A DNA stretch of 62,712 nucleotides from a virus (IMGVR_UViG_3300047477_000098:1-62712), one strand, 5' to 3'. Numbered from the stretch's first letter, positions 20,376 to 30,351 are shown. The notes: generated by a model from the letters alone, not told the origin. Made by a program: numbers and translations.

Positions 20376-22837
20376 TGGAGAAAAATATGTATAGTAGAGA
20401 AGAGGCTGTTGCCGCAAGCCTAGTTTATTTCGACGGCGATAATTTGGCCGCAAATGTGTTTGTTGATAAGTATGCTCTGAAAGATAATGACGGAAATATT
20501 CTGGAAGATACTCCAGATAAGATGCATGATAGACTTGCCAAAGAGTTCGCAAGGATTGAACAAAAGTATCCAAATCCTCTCTCCGAAGCAGAGATACTTC
20601 ATTCAATTAAAAATTTCAAGTATATTGTTCCACAAGGCTCTCCGATGGAAGGCATTGGAAACAACCATAGAGTTACTAGCTTATCTAATTGCTATGTTAT
20701 TCCTTCGCCAGAAGATTCTTACGGTGGTATATTTAAAGCGGACCAGCAAGAAGCTCAGTTGATGAAGAGACGCGGTGGTGTTGGAATGGATATTTCAAAC
20801 ATTCGTCCTAAGGGAATGTCTACCAATAATGCAGCAAAGACTACAGACGGTATAGCAGTGTTTATGGATAGGTTCTCAAACACTTGTCGTGAAGTCGCAC
20901 AGAACGGTAGACGCGGCGCCTTGATGTTAACTATTGATTGCCGACACCCAGAAGTGGAAACATTCATCAATATTAAACGAGATAAGACCAGAGTAACTGG
21001 AGCCAATATCTCAGTTAAGATGAGTGATGACTTTATGGAAGCTGTTAAGAACGATACAACATATCAACAGAAGTGGCCAATCAATTCTCCAAACCCTTCT
21101 ATTGTTAGAGATGTCAACGCAAGAGAAATTTGGGAACAGATAATTGATGCAGCATGGACATCTGCCGAACCAGGAATATTGTTTTGGGATAACGCAATAA
21201 AGAATACTCCATCCGATATCTACACAGAAGAAGGATTCGGTAGTGTGTCAACTAATCCCTGCGGTGAAATTATTCTCAGTCCTTCGGACAGCTGTCGCCT
21301 CATATCACTCAACCTTCTATCGTTCGTGATGAACCCATTCACTGAAAAGGCACAATTTGATTATATCGGATTCAAGTCTTATGTCAAAATGGCTCAGCGT
21401 TTGATGGATGATATGATTGATCTTGAGTTGGAAAAATTAGATGCCATTCTTAATAAAATTGATGCTGATAATGAACCAGAATCCGTTAAGAGAGAAGAGA
21501 AAGAGTTGTGGATCTCAATCAGAGAAGCTTGTCTAAATGGACGTAGAACTGGATTGGGAATCACTGCACTTGGTGATACTATAGCTGCACTTGGAATCAT
21601 ATACGGATCTGCTGAGTCAATAGAGACTACTGAGAGCATCTACAAGACCTTGGCTCTTGGTGCACATGAATCATCTATCGACATGGCAGAAGAGCGTGGA
21701 TCGTTTCCAGTCTTTAATTACGACAAAGAAAAGTCCCATGAGTATCTTTCAAGAGTCATCTGTGAACTTGGACCAGAATATGTTTTGAAGTGGAGGAAGT
21801 TCGGTCGTAGAAATATCGCACTGACCACAACAGCTCCTACAGGAACTGTTTCCTTAATGACACAAACAACCTCTGGAATTGAGCCATGTTTCCAGCCGGT
21901 CTATAAGCGCCGTAAGAAAATTCTTTCTGGCAGCACTGATAGAGTGGATCATATTGATGTGAACGGCGATAAGTGGACTGAGTTTGAAGTTTGTCATCAT
22001 CAGTTCTCCGAGTGGAGAAAGATTTCAGGTAAGACTAATGTTGAAGATTCTCCATACTACAAGGCAACTGCTAATGATGTTGATTGGTCTGCAAGCGTTG
22101 AGCTACAAGCTGTCGCACAAAAGTGGATTGACCATAGCATAAGCAAGACTTGTAATCTTCCAAACTCTGCCACCAAAGAATTAGTGTCAGAGATATATAT
22201 GAAGGCTTGGGAAGTTGGATGCAAGGGTTTCACAATCTATCGTGACGGATGCAGAGATGGAGTTCTTCTAACTGGATCAGAAGAGAAGAAGTCTACATTC
22301 GAGACCAAGGACGCACCTAAGAGACCAGATATTCTTTCTTGCGGAATCAATCAAGTCAAGATTAAGAATGATAGCTGGACTGTTCTTGTTGGATTGATGG
22401 AAGATAAACCTTATGAGATTTTTGCTGGACTATCCAAGTTTGTTTCTATTCCAAAGTCTCTTACAAAGGGTCAGTTAATTAAGACTAAGATTAAGGGAAG
22501 TAAGAAATCCTCTTATGACCTGAGACTTGGAGAGAGTGATGATTCAGTAGTTATCAAAGATATTGGAAAGGTGTTTGAGAATCCAACCGAGGGTGAGTTC
22601 ACAAGAATGATCTCCCTAACTCTTCGTCATGGTGCACCAATCCAATATGTTGTCGAACAACTACAGAAGGATGAAGAGAGTGATATGTATTCATTCTCAA
22701 AGGTCATCGCAAGAGTATTGAAAAAGTATATTCCTGAAGGTGCAGTTACAAGCGAGACTTGCCCAAGCTGTGGATCAAAGATTGTTTACATTGAAGGATG
22801 TAAGCAGTGTCAAAATTGTGCTTGGAGTAAATGTTAA
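20375..22837 (+). CDS. nrdJ: Class II (adenosylcobalamin) ribonucleotide reductase
   Basis: SLSNC, RRGGVG, GRRGALM, TNPCGE, APTGT, SGIEP, SISKT, YRDGCR, C-terminal Zn ribbon; no NrdB in window. Confidence 0.93.
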   Translation: MEKNMYSREEAVAASLVYFDGDNLAANVFVDKYALKDNDGNILEDTPDKMHDRLAKEFARIEQKYPNPLSEAEILHSIKNFKYIVPQGSPMEGIGNNHRVTSLSNCYVIPSPEDSYGGIFKADQQEAQLMKRRGGVGMDISNIRPKGMSTNNAAKTTDGIAVFMDRFSNTCREVAQNGRRGALMLTIDCRHPEVETFINIKRDKTRVTGANISVKMSDDFMEAVKNDTTYQQKWPINSPNPSIVRDVNAREIWEQIIDAAWTSAEPGILFWDNAIKNTPSDIYTEEGFGSVSTNPCGEIILSPSDSCRLISLNLLSFVMNPFTEKAQFDYIGFKSYVKMAQRLMDDMIDLELEKLDAILNKIDADNEPESVKREEKELWISIREACLNGRRTGLGITALGDTIAALGIIYGSAESIETTESIYKTLALGAHESSIDMAEERGSFPVFNYDKEKSHEYLSRVICELGPEYVLKWRKFGRRNIALTTTAPTGTVSLMTQTTSGIEPCFQPVYKRRKKILSGSTDRVDHIDVNGDKWTEFEVCHHQFSEWRKISGKTNVEDSPYYKATANDVDWSASVELQAVAQKWIDHSISKTCNLPNSATKELVSEIYMKAWEVGCKGFTIYRDGCRDGVLLTGSEEKKSTFETKDAPKRPDILSCGINQVKIKNDSWTVLVGLMEDKPYEIFAGLSKFVSIPKSLTKGQLIKTKIKGSKKSSYDLRLGESDDSVVIKDIGKVFENPTEGEFTRMISLTLRHGAPIQYVVEQLQKDEESDMYSFSKVIARVLKKYIPEGAVTSETCPSCGSKIVYIEGCKQCQNCAWSKC

Positions 22838-23871
22838 AGTGTGAACTGTGTTCCGAAATCTTTGAAAATAATAGGGGTGGACAATTAACATCACATCTTA
22901 GGAAATGTCATTCCATATCATTAGAAGAATACAAAATAAAAGTGTTTCATAATGATGTGGTTCCTAAATGTGGTTGTGGATGCGGCAGTGCCGCCCCTTT
23001 TGTTAGGGGTGAGTTTAAAGATTATATTTATGAACACAAATCCCAAAAAAATAAGATTGATATGTATTTAAAGCTCAACGGTCATCCTAAATGTTTAACT
23101 TGTGGTGCTGAGACTCGTTTTAATTATCGCGGTGGCATAGTTAAATATTGTTCAACAAAATGTATTCCTAGAATTGTTAAACAAAAGAACATGACTCATG
23201 GATTCTGTAATCCATTGGTTCAGGAAAAGATACGACAGAATACAATTATTAAATATGGTGTGGATAATATTTCTAAAACTCAAGTCATTAAAGATAAAAT
23301 ATCTGAACTATCTAAAGGTAAAGTTAGATACTACCCAACAACTGAACATAGACAAAAAATGTCTAATTTTATGATTGATATGTGGAAGAATCAAGATTAT
23401 AAGATTTCGCAGTGTGAGTTGATAAAAAAATCAACAAATACTGTAAATGAGAAACTCCGACGTAGGAATTTGGCAATATCAAGAATGGTTGATGGTGCTG
23501 TTCCATTCAAAGGAAAATCATCAAAACTGCATATTAAAATTAGAGAATATTTAAATCTGTCTGATCTTGGATTTGTATCGGAATATAATATTGGTCCATA
23601 TATTGTTGATGAAATTAACACAGAATTAGGAATCGTTATTGAAATTAATGGAGACTATGTGCACGCAAATCCAAATAAGTATAGTGCTGAAAGTTTAATA
23701 AGACTACGAGGAACTGCATATATGTCTATTGAAAAATGGAAAAATGACGAAGTTCGTACAAATTTCTTGGTTGATTGTGGTTATTGTGTTTTTGTTATTT
23801 GGGAAAGCGATGACCTTGATATAGTTAAAAAAACATTATTGGATTTGGTGTATAGAAGTTATGACAGCTGA
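22831..23871 (+). mobile_element. Free-standing putative homing endonuclease (Zn fingers plus Vsr/DUF559-like PD-(D/E)xK domain)
   Basis: CELC..H, PKCGCGCG, KYGVDNI, C-terminal YIVD...IEINGDYVH...IWESD; overlaps nrdJ stop. Confidence 0.75.
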
Positions 23872-24136
23872 AAATGCCCCTATTTTAATTGATATGGACA
23901 ATAATATGTTCCGTACTCCAGAATCAATGCCGTGTAAAATATGTGGTGGAATATTAACAACGCATATAAAACGCGGAAGAATTATTGGAGTGTGTGTAAA
24001 TCAACATGTTCGGTGTGAATCTAAAAGTTATAGATCACCAACAGTTTTAAAAAAAGATCAGAGGAATGATATAAACCTCTATTGGATGCTAGCAGCCTAC
24101 ATTTACGTTGTGGAAAAATGGAATGCAGATAATTAA
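23861..24136 (+). CDS. Hypothetical Zn-ribbon protein
   Basis: PCKICGG...CVNQHVRC; coupled to neighbours. Confidence 0.55.
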   Translation: MTAENAPILIDMDNNMFRTPESMPCKICGGILTTHIKRGRIIGVCVNQHVRCESKSYRSPTVLKKDQRNDINLYWMLAAYIYVVEKWNADN

Positions 24137-24566
24137 AAAAGATATAACTACAGTTACTAAAGGAATAATAGCACATCAAGTAAACTGTACCAATCATATT
24201 GGTAGCGGGGTTGCTAAAGCTATAATAAACAAGTGGCCAATTGTAAAAACAGCATATCATGAATGGTGTTCAAATTACAAAAACTTATCCGACATGTTGG
24301 GCAAAGTTCAATTGATTGAAGTTGAGCCTGGACTATATGTTGCAAACTGTTTTGCACAACTTGATAAGGGTTATGATGGAAAAAAGTACACTGATTATAA
24401 TGCCTTAGCTGACACTTTCCATGATCTTGTATTGCTTTCTGGTGGGAATAAGATACAAGTTTATGTTCCTTATAGAATTGGATGTGGATTAGCTGGTGGA
24501 GACTGGAATGTGGTTGAAAGAATAATTGATGTTAGCCTACCAGGAGTAATCGCGTGCGAAATATAA
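24123..24566 (+). CDS. Macro domain (ADP-ribose processing) protein
   Basis: KDIT, IAHQVNC, GSGVAKAI, PYRIGCGLAGGDW. Confidence 0.9.
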   Translation: MQIIKKDITTVTKGIIAHQVNCTNHIGSGVAKAIINKWPIVKTAYHEWCSNYKNLSDMLGKVQLIEVEPGLYVANCFAQLDKGYDGKKYTDYNALADTFHDLVLLSGGNKIQVYVPYRIGCGLAGGDWNVVERIIDVSLPGVIACEI

Positions 24567-24994
24567 CCAATATAGAACATGGAATTATACTTAACCTCGT
24601 GTCATATGACAGGGTTTATGTGGACGATGTTGTAACATTTGATATTCTGAAAGCCTTTCCTAACACTAAGGGTCGATGGGAATTATCAATACAAAATTGC
24701 AGGGACCTACAATGGGTCACACCATATACATTGCAAGGTACAGCTCACAGCCATTGGGAAAAGTATGGTCACTTAATGGTATACAATTGTTTCGTTAAGG
24801 AATTGGTTGGGAAAAGTTATCAAATTAACTCCGAGAATTTGAAAAAAGTTTTGACGAATATTCGCAATTGTTGGCCCACATTTATCAATAATTTTACAAA
24901 CACTCCAGAAGTCTTTATATCAAAAGATTATTCTTCACAGTTCTGTCTATTGGATGTTATCGGAAATACTTGGCCAGAGATACGAGTTGTATGA
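24554..24994 (+). CDS. Degenerate macro-domain paralogue
   Basis: NITNIEHGIILNLV...ILKAFP...VYNCF...LKKVL parallels the upstream gene; the Gly-rich loops are missing. Confidence 0.5.
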   Translation: MRNITNIEHGIILNLVSYDRVYVDDVVTFDILKAFPNTKGRWELSIQNCRDLQWVTPYTLQGTAHSHWEKYGHLMVYNCFVKELVGKSYQINSENLKKVLTNIRNCWPTFINNFTNTPEVFISKDYSSQFCLLDVIGNTWPEIRVV

Positions 24995-25338
24995 CCGTTC
25001 AAGATTTCATAGATATGGTAAGAGAATATCATATACCAATGGATGCGGTGCTTGATTCTGTAGATACGATAATATATTCACCAAATGACACTGCTTATGA
25101 GATAGCATATGATGTCAGTAAAGGTAATGTTAATATACGATCAGATAAACCGATTGTTCAAATATTCCAAACTGATCTTGAAGCTATTGTAAATGATATT
25201 CCAGATATGTCATCTGAGACAGAATACTATAAAGCTGTTACTGACAAAGTCACTGTAACAGCTGACTCAAATTATTGGAAAGCCCGAGTCGATAGAACTA
25301 TAAGGGCACATATAAAAGGTAGAATTGATGAGACCTAA
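24991..25338 (+). CDS. Hypothetical protein
   Basis: ORF with ATGA coupling. Confidence 0.6.
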   Translation: MTVQDFIDMVREYHIPMDAVLDSVDTIIYSPNDTAYEIAYDVSKGNVNIRSDKPIVQIFQTDLEAIVNDIPDMSSETEYYKAVTDKVTVTADSNYWKARVDRTIRAHIKGRIDET

Positions 25339-25966
25339 AAGAGATTGGAGTAAGGTTGCTTCTCAAATGAAGGACCAAGATAAGAAAGAAGAAAGTGAAC
25401 GGTTGGTAAACAATACAGTATCTGAACATGATCCTATGTTGTTAACTATGCCCCCTCTGGTAAAGCCGCTACATGGAACAGCTCCGAGAATGATAATGGG
25501 TGAATCTTGGTGGAATGATACTAGACAAGAGGTTTATAAAAAGAATAAGTTCCATTGTGTAGCGTGTGGTGTACATAAGTCAAATGCTAAAATCCATCAA
25601 TGGCTTGAAGCGCATGAATACTACGAAGTGGATTATGTTAACACCAAATACGCACTGAAGGATATCATCCCATTGTGTCATTGTTGCCACGCATTTATCC
25701 ACTATCAAAGATCAACTGCTATGTTAAATGCTGGTAAACTATCCAAAAAGAACTTTGATATTATCATGGATCATGGCAAAGAAGTTCTCTCAAGAATTGG
25801 TGTAGATAAATCAGAAATCATCCTACCAGAAGATCACTTCCCAGAAACAAATGGTAAGTGGGGTGATTGGTATTTTGAATTTGAAGGTGTGAAACATTAT
25901 TCCAAGTTTGAAAATTATGACGCATGGAATGAGTTTTATACAAACCAGAATAGCAAACAAGACTAA
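25328..25966 (+). CDS. HNH endonuclease with gp32-like N-terminal peptide
   Basis: CVACG...LEAHE...PLCHCCHAFIH; N-terminus resembles that of gp32 in this window. Confidence 0.75.
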   Translation: MRPKRDWSKVASQMKDQDKKEESERLVNNTVSEHDPMLLTMPPLVKPLHGTAPRMIMGESWWNDTRQEVYKKNKFHCVACGVHKSNAKIHQWLEAHEYYEVDYVNTKYALKDIIPLCHCCHAFIHYQRSTAMLNAGKLSKKNFDIIMDHGKEVLSRIGVDKSEIILPEDHFPETNGKWGDWYFEFEGVKHYSKFENYDAWNEFYTNQNSKQD

Positions 25967-25992
25967 ATAATTCTAAACGGAGAAACAATATA

Positions 25993-26805
25993 ATGGCTAC
26001 TTTTAAAGAATACTTGACGGACAATGTCCACTACGAATCCCTTATTGAAACTGTTGCAGTTGAGGACCTTGAAGTTCTTGCTGAGGGTCTTGCTGAAATT
26101 GAGACTGAACTTAATGAGTTCTTGGGTCTTGGTAAGGCTGCTAAGTTTCTAAAGGATCGCGCAGAAAAGAAAGCTGTCGACAATCAGGGTAAAGCTTACG
26201 ATAAGGAACGCTCCGCCAATGAGAAGGCTGCTAAACTGAAGAAAGAACAGGAAGAGAAGGCAGCTAAAGAGAAGGCTGATAGAGAAGCTAAGGCTGATAA
26301 GTCCAAGGCATCTAAGGATGCTAAGACTGAAGACAAGAAAGAAATGGCTGATCGCCTGAGCAAGATGTCCGCATCTGCTGATAAGAAAGTCACTGCTGCT
26401 AAGGACGCCGTCGTTTCTGCCGCAAAGGACAAGGTTGTTACTGCAGCCGTTGGTGCAAAAATGGCAGCTAAAGACATCAGCGATAAGAAGGATGCTATTA
26501 AGGATTCTTTCTTAAAGGTTTCTGATGAAGCAAAAACCATCTTTAAGAAGTTCTTCAAGGATACTAAGAATGTATCTGAAGATCAGAAGAAGACCCTTGG
26601 CGAAGTTGAAGTCATCTTCACAAAGCTAACTGAAGGAAAGACTGTCTCTGGTGTAGAAGCTATCAAGATTCTCGCAACCGTTCTTGCCGGATCTCCAGAA
26701 GCTAATACTGTCCCAGGATTCAAGGCTTACACAAAGCAGCTTGAAAGACTTCGCGCACTTCCAGGAATCTCTTCCTACAAGTTCAGCGTAAAAGTTAACG
26801 CCTAA
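25993..26805 (+). CDS. Lys/Ala-rich late protein, candidate internal head protein
   Basis: TAAATA at 25964; MATFKEYL resembles the T4 capsid-targeting sequence; multiple LxE sites. Confidence 0.6.
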   Translation: MATFKEYLTDNVHYESLIETVAVEDLEVLAEGLAEIETELNEFLGLGKAAKFLKDRAEKKAVDNQGKAYDKERSANEKAAKLKKEQEEKAAKEKADREAKADKSKASKDAKTEDKKEMADRLSKMSASADKKVTAAKDAVVSAAKDKVVTAAVGAKMAAKDISDKKDAIKDSFLKVSDEAKTIFKKFFKDTKNVSEDQKKTLGEVEVIFTKLTEGKTVSGVEAIKILATVLAGSPEANTVPGFKAYTKQLERLRALPGISSYKFSVKVNA

Positions 26806-26822
26806 GAATTAGAAACAACTTT

Positions 26823-26853
26823 AAAAAAAAGGGAGATACGTCTCCCTTTTTTA
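26823..26853 (+). terminator. Intrinsic terminator
   Basis: aaaagggaga-tacg-tctccctttttt. Confidence 0.85.
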
Positions 26854-26870
26854 TTGGAATAAATATGTAT

Positions 26871-28238
26871 ATGAATGAAACCTTCCTTTTCGCCGAAGAA
26901 TTACTTAATGAGATGGCTATTTCCAATGATAGGTTTTCTAACAACGATCTAGCTTCAGCATACGCTAAAGCTTATCCTGATAGACTCCGAGGTGGAACTT
27001 CACAGAACTTATATGGTCTGTCAAGAGACGCCATCATAGATGCCATAAAAGATGCTGCAAAAGATTTTGAACCATACAAGATTGCATCTGCAAGACATGC
27101 TGATGAAGATGAGCTTTTGAGCTTGGCTATCAGAGCTATCAATGATCCTAAGTTTGTTCCTATTAAGGGTGAAGCTGATCCTGCAGATAGTCAACAAGAC
27201 CAAGGTGGAAAGGGTGAAGAGGAAGTCGCGAATGATATTCCTAAGAACAAATGGCCGTCGTATAAAGCATTTCGTATAAAATGGTATAGAGAAACTGTAC
27301 AACTTGGATGGCCGGCAGACATCCTTCCTCCAATAAAGAAGCCAGTGAAAATTGGCAATATTATAACTTTCTGGAAAGAGGACGATCATACTGCTTATGC
27401 GTTCAGCAGAAATGGAATTGGAAGAGCTTCACCATTCACAAACTATACAAAGAAAATAAAGGATGCCCTTTATGGTGAATTTGAACATGATGTTAGAGGA
27501 CTGAAGCTTCTTTATGAGCAGGTAAATAGTATTGTTGAATTAGAGAAGCAGTATTTCCATGGAAGGTTGCTTCCAAATATTGCTGGATTCTTAGTTAAAC
27601 AAGCATTCAAAGGTATGGGTGCATCTGAAGTTGCTGACAATGCTTTTGTAAACTTCCTACTTTCCAAGATTAAAGGAATGACTGTTTTTGAATATCAACA
27701 GATGATATTGCGAGAGATGGTTACTAAGATGGATCTTAATGATACAACACTTAGGGATCTTAAAGGCATATTGTCTCCTTTGAGAAATCTGTGCATTAGA
27801 AAACTTCCTCTTTATAACAGCACCAAGATATCTGCAGAGTTTAGACCTGGTAAACCAGGTGAAAGACCAGATGGTTATGTGTGTAGTTTTAGAGTTGTAC
27901 AGAGAAAGAAAGATACTCATGTATTCCCTGGTGATGCTATGTACGACACCCATAGAGAAATAATTGGACCTATGAGTGAAGGCAAACTATCGGATGAAGA
28001 TTTTGAGATTTTCCCACCAATCGAAGATGTTAAAAAGAATATGGCTAGGTTGGAAAAGCTCAAAGCTGATAAGAATCACACTGAGCGAGAGATTCTAAAT
28101 GCTCTCAAACCAATGAAGTTTGGAACTAAGAAAATAGTCGGCAATGATGAAAAAGGAATGTATTATATTACCTTCAATTTCATAACTCATTCCTGCAAGA
28201 TAGATGTTATATATGAACCAAAGGTGACACCAAGATGA
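26871..28238 (+). CDS. Hypothetical late protein, candidate virion internal protein
   Basis: TAAATA at 26860-26865; LLNEMA motif. Confidence 0.6.
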   Translation: MNETFLFAEELLNEMAISNDRFSNNDLASAYAKAYPDRLRGGTSQNLYGLSRDAIIDAIKDAAKDFEPYKIASARHADEDELLSLAIRAINDPKFVPIKGEADPADSQQDQGGKGEEEVANDIPKNKWPSYKAFRIKWYRETVQLGWPADILPPIKKPVKIGNIITFWKEDDHTAYAFSRNGIGRASPFTNYTKKIKDALYGEFEHDVRGLKLLYEQVNSIVELEKQYFHGRLLPNIAGFLVKQAFKGMGASEVADNAFVNFLLSKIKGMTVFEYQQMILREMVTKMDLNDTTLRDLKGILSPLRNLCIRKLPLYNSTKISAEFRPGKPGERPDGYVCSFRVVQRKKDTHVFPGDAMYDTHREIIGPMSEGKLSDEDFEIFPPIEDVKKNMARLEKLKADKNHTEREILNALKPMKFGTKKIVGNDEKGMYYITFNFITHSCKIDVIYEPKVTPR

Positions 28239-28459
28239 ACAAGTATGATCAGGCCTATAAATTATTGAGTGATTATTTGGAAGAAGCTACTGATAATTCT
28301 GGATTGATTAAATCTCTTCAGACTCAGAAGGACCAGCTAATATTACAGAGAAATCGACTATCTGAACAAGTTCAAAAATTAAATGATCAGATTGCGGATA
28401 TTTCTAAAAAGATATCTGCTGCTGGTGGTCCTCCAGATACCACAAATAATAAACCCTAA
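28235..28459 (+). CDS. Small coiled-coil protein
   Basis: YLEEA followed by heptad repeats; ATGA coupling. Confidence 0.6.
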   Translation: MNKYDQAYKLLSDYLEEATDNSGLIKSLQTQKDQLILQRNRLSEQVQKLNDQIADISKKISAAGGPPDTTNNKP

Positions 28460-28460
28460 A

Positions 28461-28508
28461 GAAAAGCAAGCTCAACAGCTTGCTTTTTCATTTTAAATAT
28501 GATATAAT
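28461..28508 (+). terminator. Terminator overlapping the sigma70-type thyA promoter
   Basis: aaaagcaagct-caac-agcttgctttt hairpin; TTGCTT(28480)-17nt-TATAAT(28503). Confidence 0.75.
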
Positions 28509-28525
28509 GTTAGTTGAGGTAATTA

Positions 28526-29380
28526 ATGGAAAGCTATCTAAAATTGTTAAGAAAGATTCTCTCCGAAGGTGTAGAGAAAGATAATCGAACTGGGATAAAA
28601 ACAAAGTCTATATCTGGTCATATGTTTGAACATGATATGTCTACAGGATTCCCACTTCTAACCACAAAGTTTGTTTCGCTTAAAACTGTTGCAGTCGAAC
28701 TCGAAGGCTTCATCAAAGGCATCACTTCTAAGAAATGGTTCCAAGATAGAAAATGTCGCATCTGGGATGACTGGTGTAACCCCCAAGTAGTTCCTTACGG
28801 AAATGATGAAGAAACTAAATCCAAGATGAAAGCCGAAGATGACCTAGGTTTAATTTATGGTAATCAATGGAGAGACTTTAGAGATCCTGATAACTCAGAG
28901 CCCGGTGATGGTCTTGACCAATTGAAAATTATAGTGAACCGATTAAAGACTAACCCTACAGATAGAAGAATGATCTGTATGGCTTGGAATCCTTTAGCAC
29001 TAGACTACCAAGCATTACCTCCGTGCCATTATAGCTGGCAAGTCTTATCAGATGGTAACACGCTAGACCTTCTATGGAGCCAGCGCAGTTGTGACGTCCC
29101 ACTCGGAATTCCGTACAACATAGCCTCTTATGCTCTCCTATTAAAGCTTCTGGCTAAAGAAGTCAATATGAAAGAAGGTAAGTTGGTAGGTTTTCTAGCT
29201 GACTGTCAGATCTACCAGAACCAAAATGATGGAGTTACTGAACAGCTCACAAGAACTCCATTAGAACTGTGTCAGGTTGATATTCCCAATTTCAAATCTA
29301 TATATGATTGGGAATCTACTGATCTTGAGACAAAGGATTATAAACATCACGGTAAGATTAGTATGCCAATAGCTGTATGA
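28526..29380 (+). CDS. thyA: Thymidylate synthase
   Basis: FPLLTTK, IWDDW, YGNQWR, ALPPCH, QRSCDVPLGIPYNIASY; uninterrupted. Confidence 0.97.
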   Translation: MESYLKLLRKILSEGVEKDNRTGIKTKSISGHMFEHDMSTGFPLLTTKFVSLKTVAVELEGFIKGITSKKWFQDRKCRIWDDWCNPQVVPYGNDEETKSKMKAEDDLGLIYGNQWRDFRDPDNSEPGDGLDQLKIIVNRLKTNPTDRRMICMAWNPLALDYQALPPCHYSWQVLSDGNTLDLLWSQRSCDVPLGIPYNIASYALLLKLLAKEVNMKEGKLVGFLADCQIYQNQNDGVTEQLTRTPLELCQVDIPNFKSIYDWESTDLETKDYKHHGKISMPIAV

Positions 29381-29664
29381 ATGATAGACAAATTATAAAT
29401 GTCAAGTTTGGTTATTATACTTACTTGAAACTTGTTTGTGAAGATGCTGGATATGTTGCAGCATCTTCACAGATTCAAAAAGAATTGGATGATGAGCTAA
29501 TACAAAGGATGTGCGATGCTGCCAAAGTTTACGATAAGTGTGACACCAATAACAACAAAGACCAGAAAACTGACTTCTGTGGACGACCGATCAACGATAT
29601 ATGTTCGGCTCTTATCAAACACGCAGGGAAGTATTCTCCGCTGCCGCCGTCCATTCACCTTTGA
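29377..29664 (+). CDS. Micro-protein: DR-module plus gp23-like helix
   Basis: NDRQIINVKFGYYTYLK, then SQIQKELDDELIQRM (cf. gp23 EI..EI(D/N)REII); ATGA coupling to thyA. Confidence 0.5.
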   Translation: MNDRQIINVKFGYYTYLKLVCEDAGYVAASSQIQKELDDELIQRMCDAAKVYDKCDTNNNKDQKTDFCGRPINDICSALIKHAGKYSPLPPSIHL

Positions 29665-29749
29665 AAGTAGACCACCTTTGGTAGCTGCAATGGGAACTGA
29701 TGTACAGCAATTGATGATGGAAGCTCTTATGGAAGAATTAAAAGTTTGA
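29516..29749 (+). CDS. Micro-protein: gp23 fragment split by a DR-module
   Basis: FTISVTPITTKTRKL...FTFE-x9-GTDVQQLMMEALMEEL matches the spacing of gp23 FxI...AK(S/T)RxL...(W/Y)(T/S)xE-x9-GxD; AAGGA RBS. Confidence 0.6.
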   Translation: MLPKFTISVTPITTKTRKLTSVDDRSTIYVRLLSNTQGSILRCRRPFTFESRPPLVAAMGTDVQQLMMEALMEELKV

Positions 29750-29765
29750 AAGTTACAGATAGAAC

Positions 29766-30110
29766 TTGAGAACAATAATAGCCGGCAGTAGAGTAATAAC
29801 AGAAATTGGTGTAGTCTCTGCAGCAATACAGATGTCCAAAATAGAAATAACAACTGTCATATGTGGATGTGCACCAGGTGTAGATACTCTTGGTGCCGAA
29901 TACGCAAACCTAAATAGTATTGCAGTTGAATATTATCCAGCAGATTGGGACACATTTGGTAAATCTGCTGGATATAAACGCAATGAACAAATGGCAGAAA
30001 ATGCAGAAGCACTTATTGCCATTTGGGATGGAACGAGTAAAGGAACAAAACATATGATAAACATAGCCAAGAGAAAGGGTCTGCAGGTTAAAGTGTGGAT
30101 ATATGAGTGA
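29766..30110 (+). CDS. SLOG/YspA (DUF2493-like) protein
   Basis: IIAGSR, CGCAPGVD, YPADW, GKSAGYKRNEQM, WDGTSKGT. Confidence 0.88.
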   Translation: MRTIIAGSRVITEIGVVSAAIQMSKIEITTVICGCAPGVDTLGAEYANLNSIAVEYYPADWDTFGKSAGYKRNEQMAENAEALIAIWDGTSKGTKHMINIAKRKGLQVKVWIYE

Positions 30111-30351
30111 TAGGAAAGCGGTAGTTGTATCTTTAGTCTGGGGTAAGAAACGTAGTTATCTGAAACGATCTGATAACTACAGTGCCTTTGGAAATTATGC
30201 AATGCCTCTGGTCAGAAGAATGTTTCCGGAGTTACTTGCAACTAAAGTTGTAGGAGTTCAGCCTATGACAGCACCTATGGGATTAGCTTACAATGAACCG
30301 GATAGAAGGAAAAAAGGATTCGAGGTTAGATGTGTTTCTGAATTTGAATAA
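30103..30351 (+). CDS. Micro-protein: DR-module plus gp23 Gol-region peptide
   Basis: AMPLVRRMFPELLATKVVGVQPMTAPMGL is the conserved gp23 motif. Confidence 0.8.
   Translation: MSDRKAVVVSLVWGKKRSYLKRSDNYSAFGNYAMPLVRRMFPELLATKVVGVQPMTAPMGLAYNEPDRRKKGFEVRCVSEFE

Noticed and set aside
20375-29380. Group I introns or inteins in nrdJ or thyA
   Set aside because: Both frames are continuous with normal motif spacing; the nearby endonucleases are free-standing
28526-29380. thyA as a dCMP hydroxymethylase feeding the glycosyltransferases
   Set aside because: It keeps the dUMP-specifying Asn (PYNIASY) and is paired with DHFR, so it looks like a canonical thymidylate synthase
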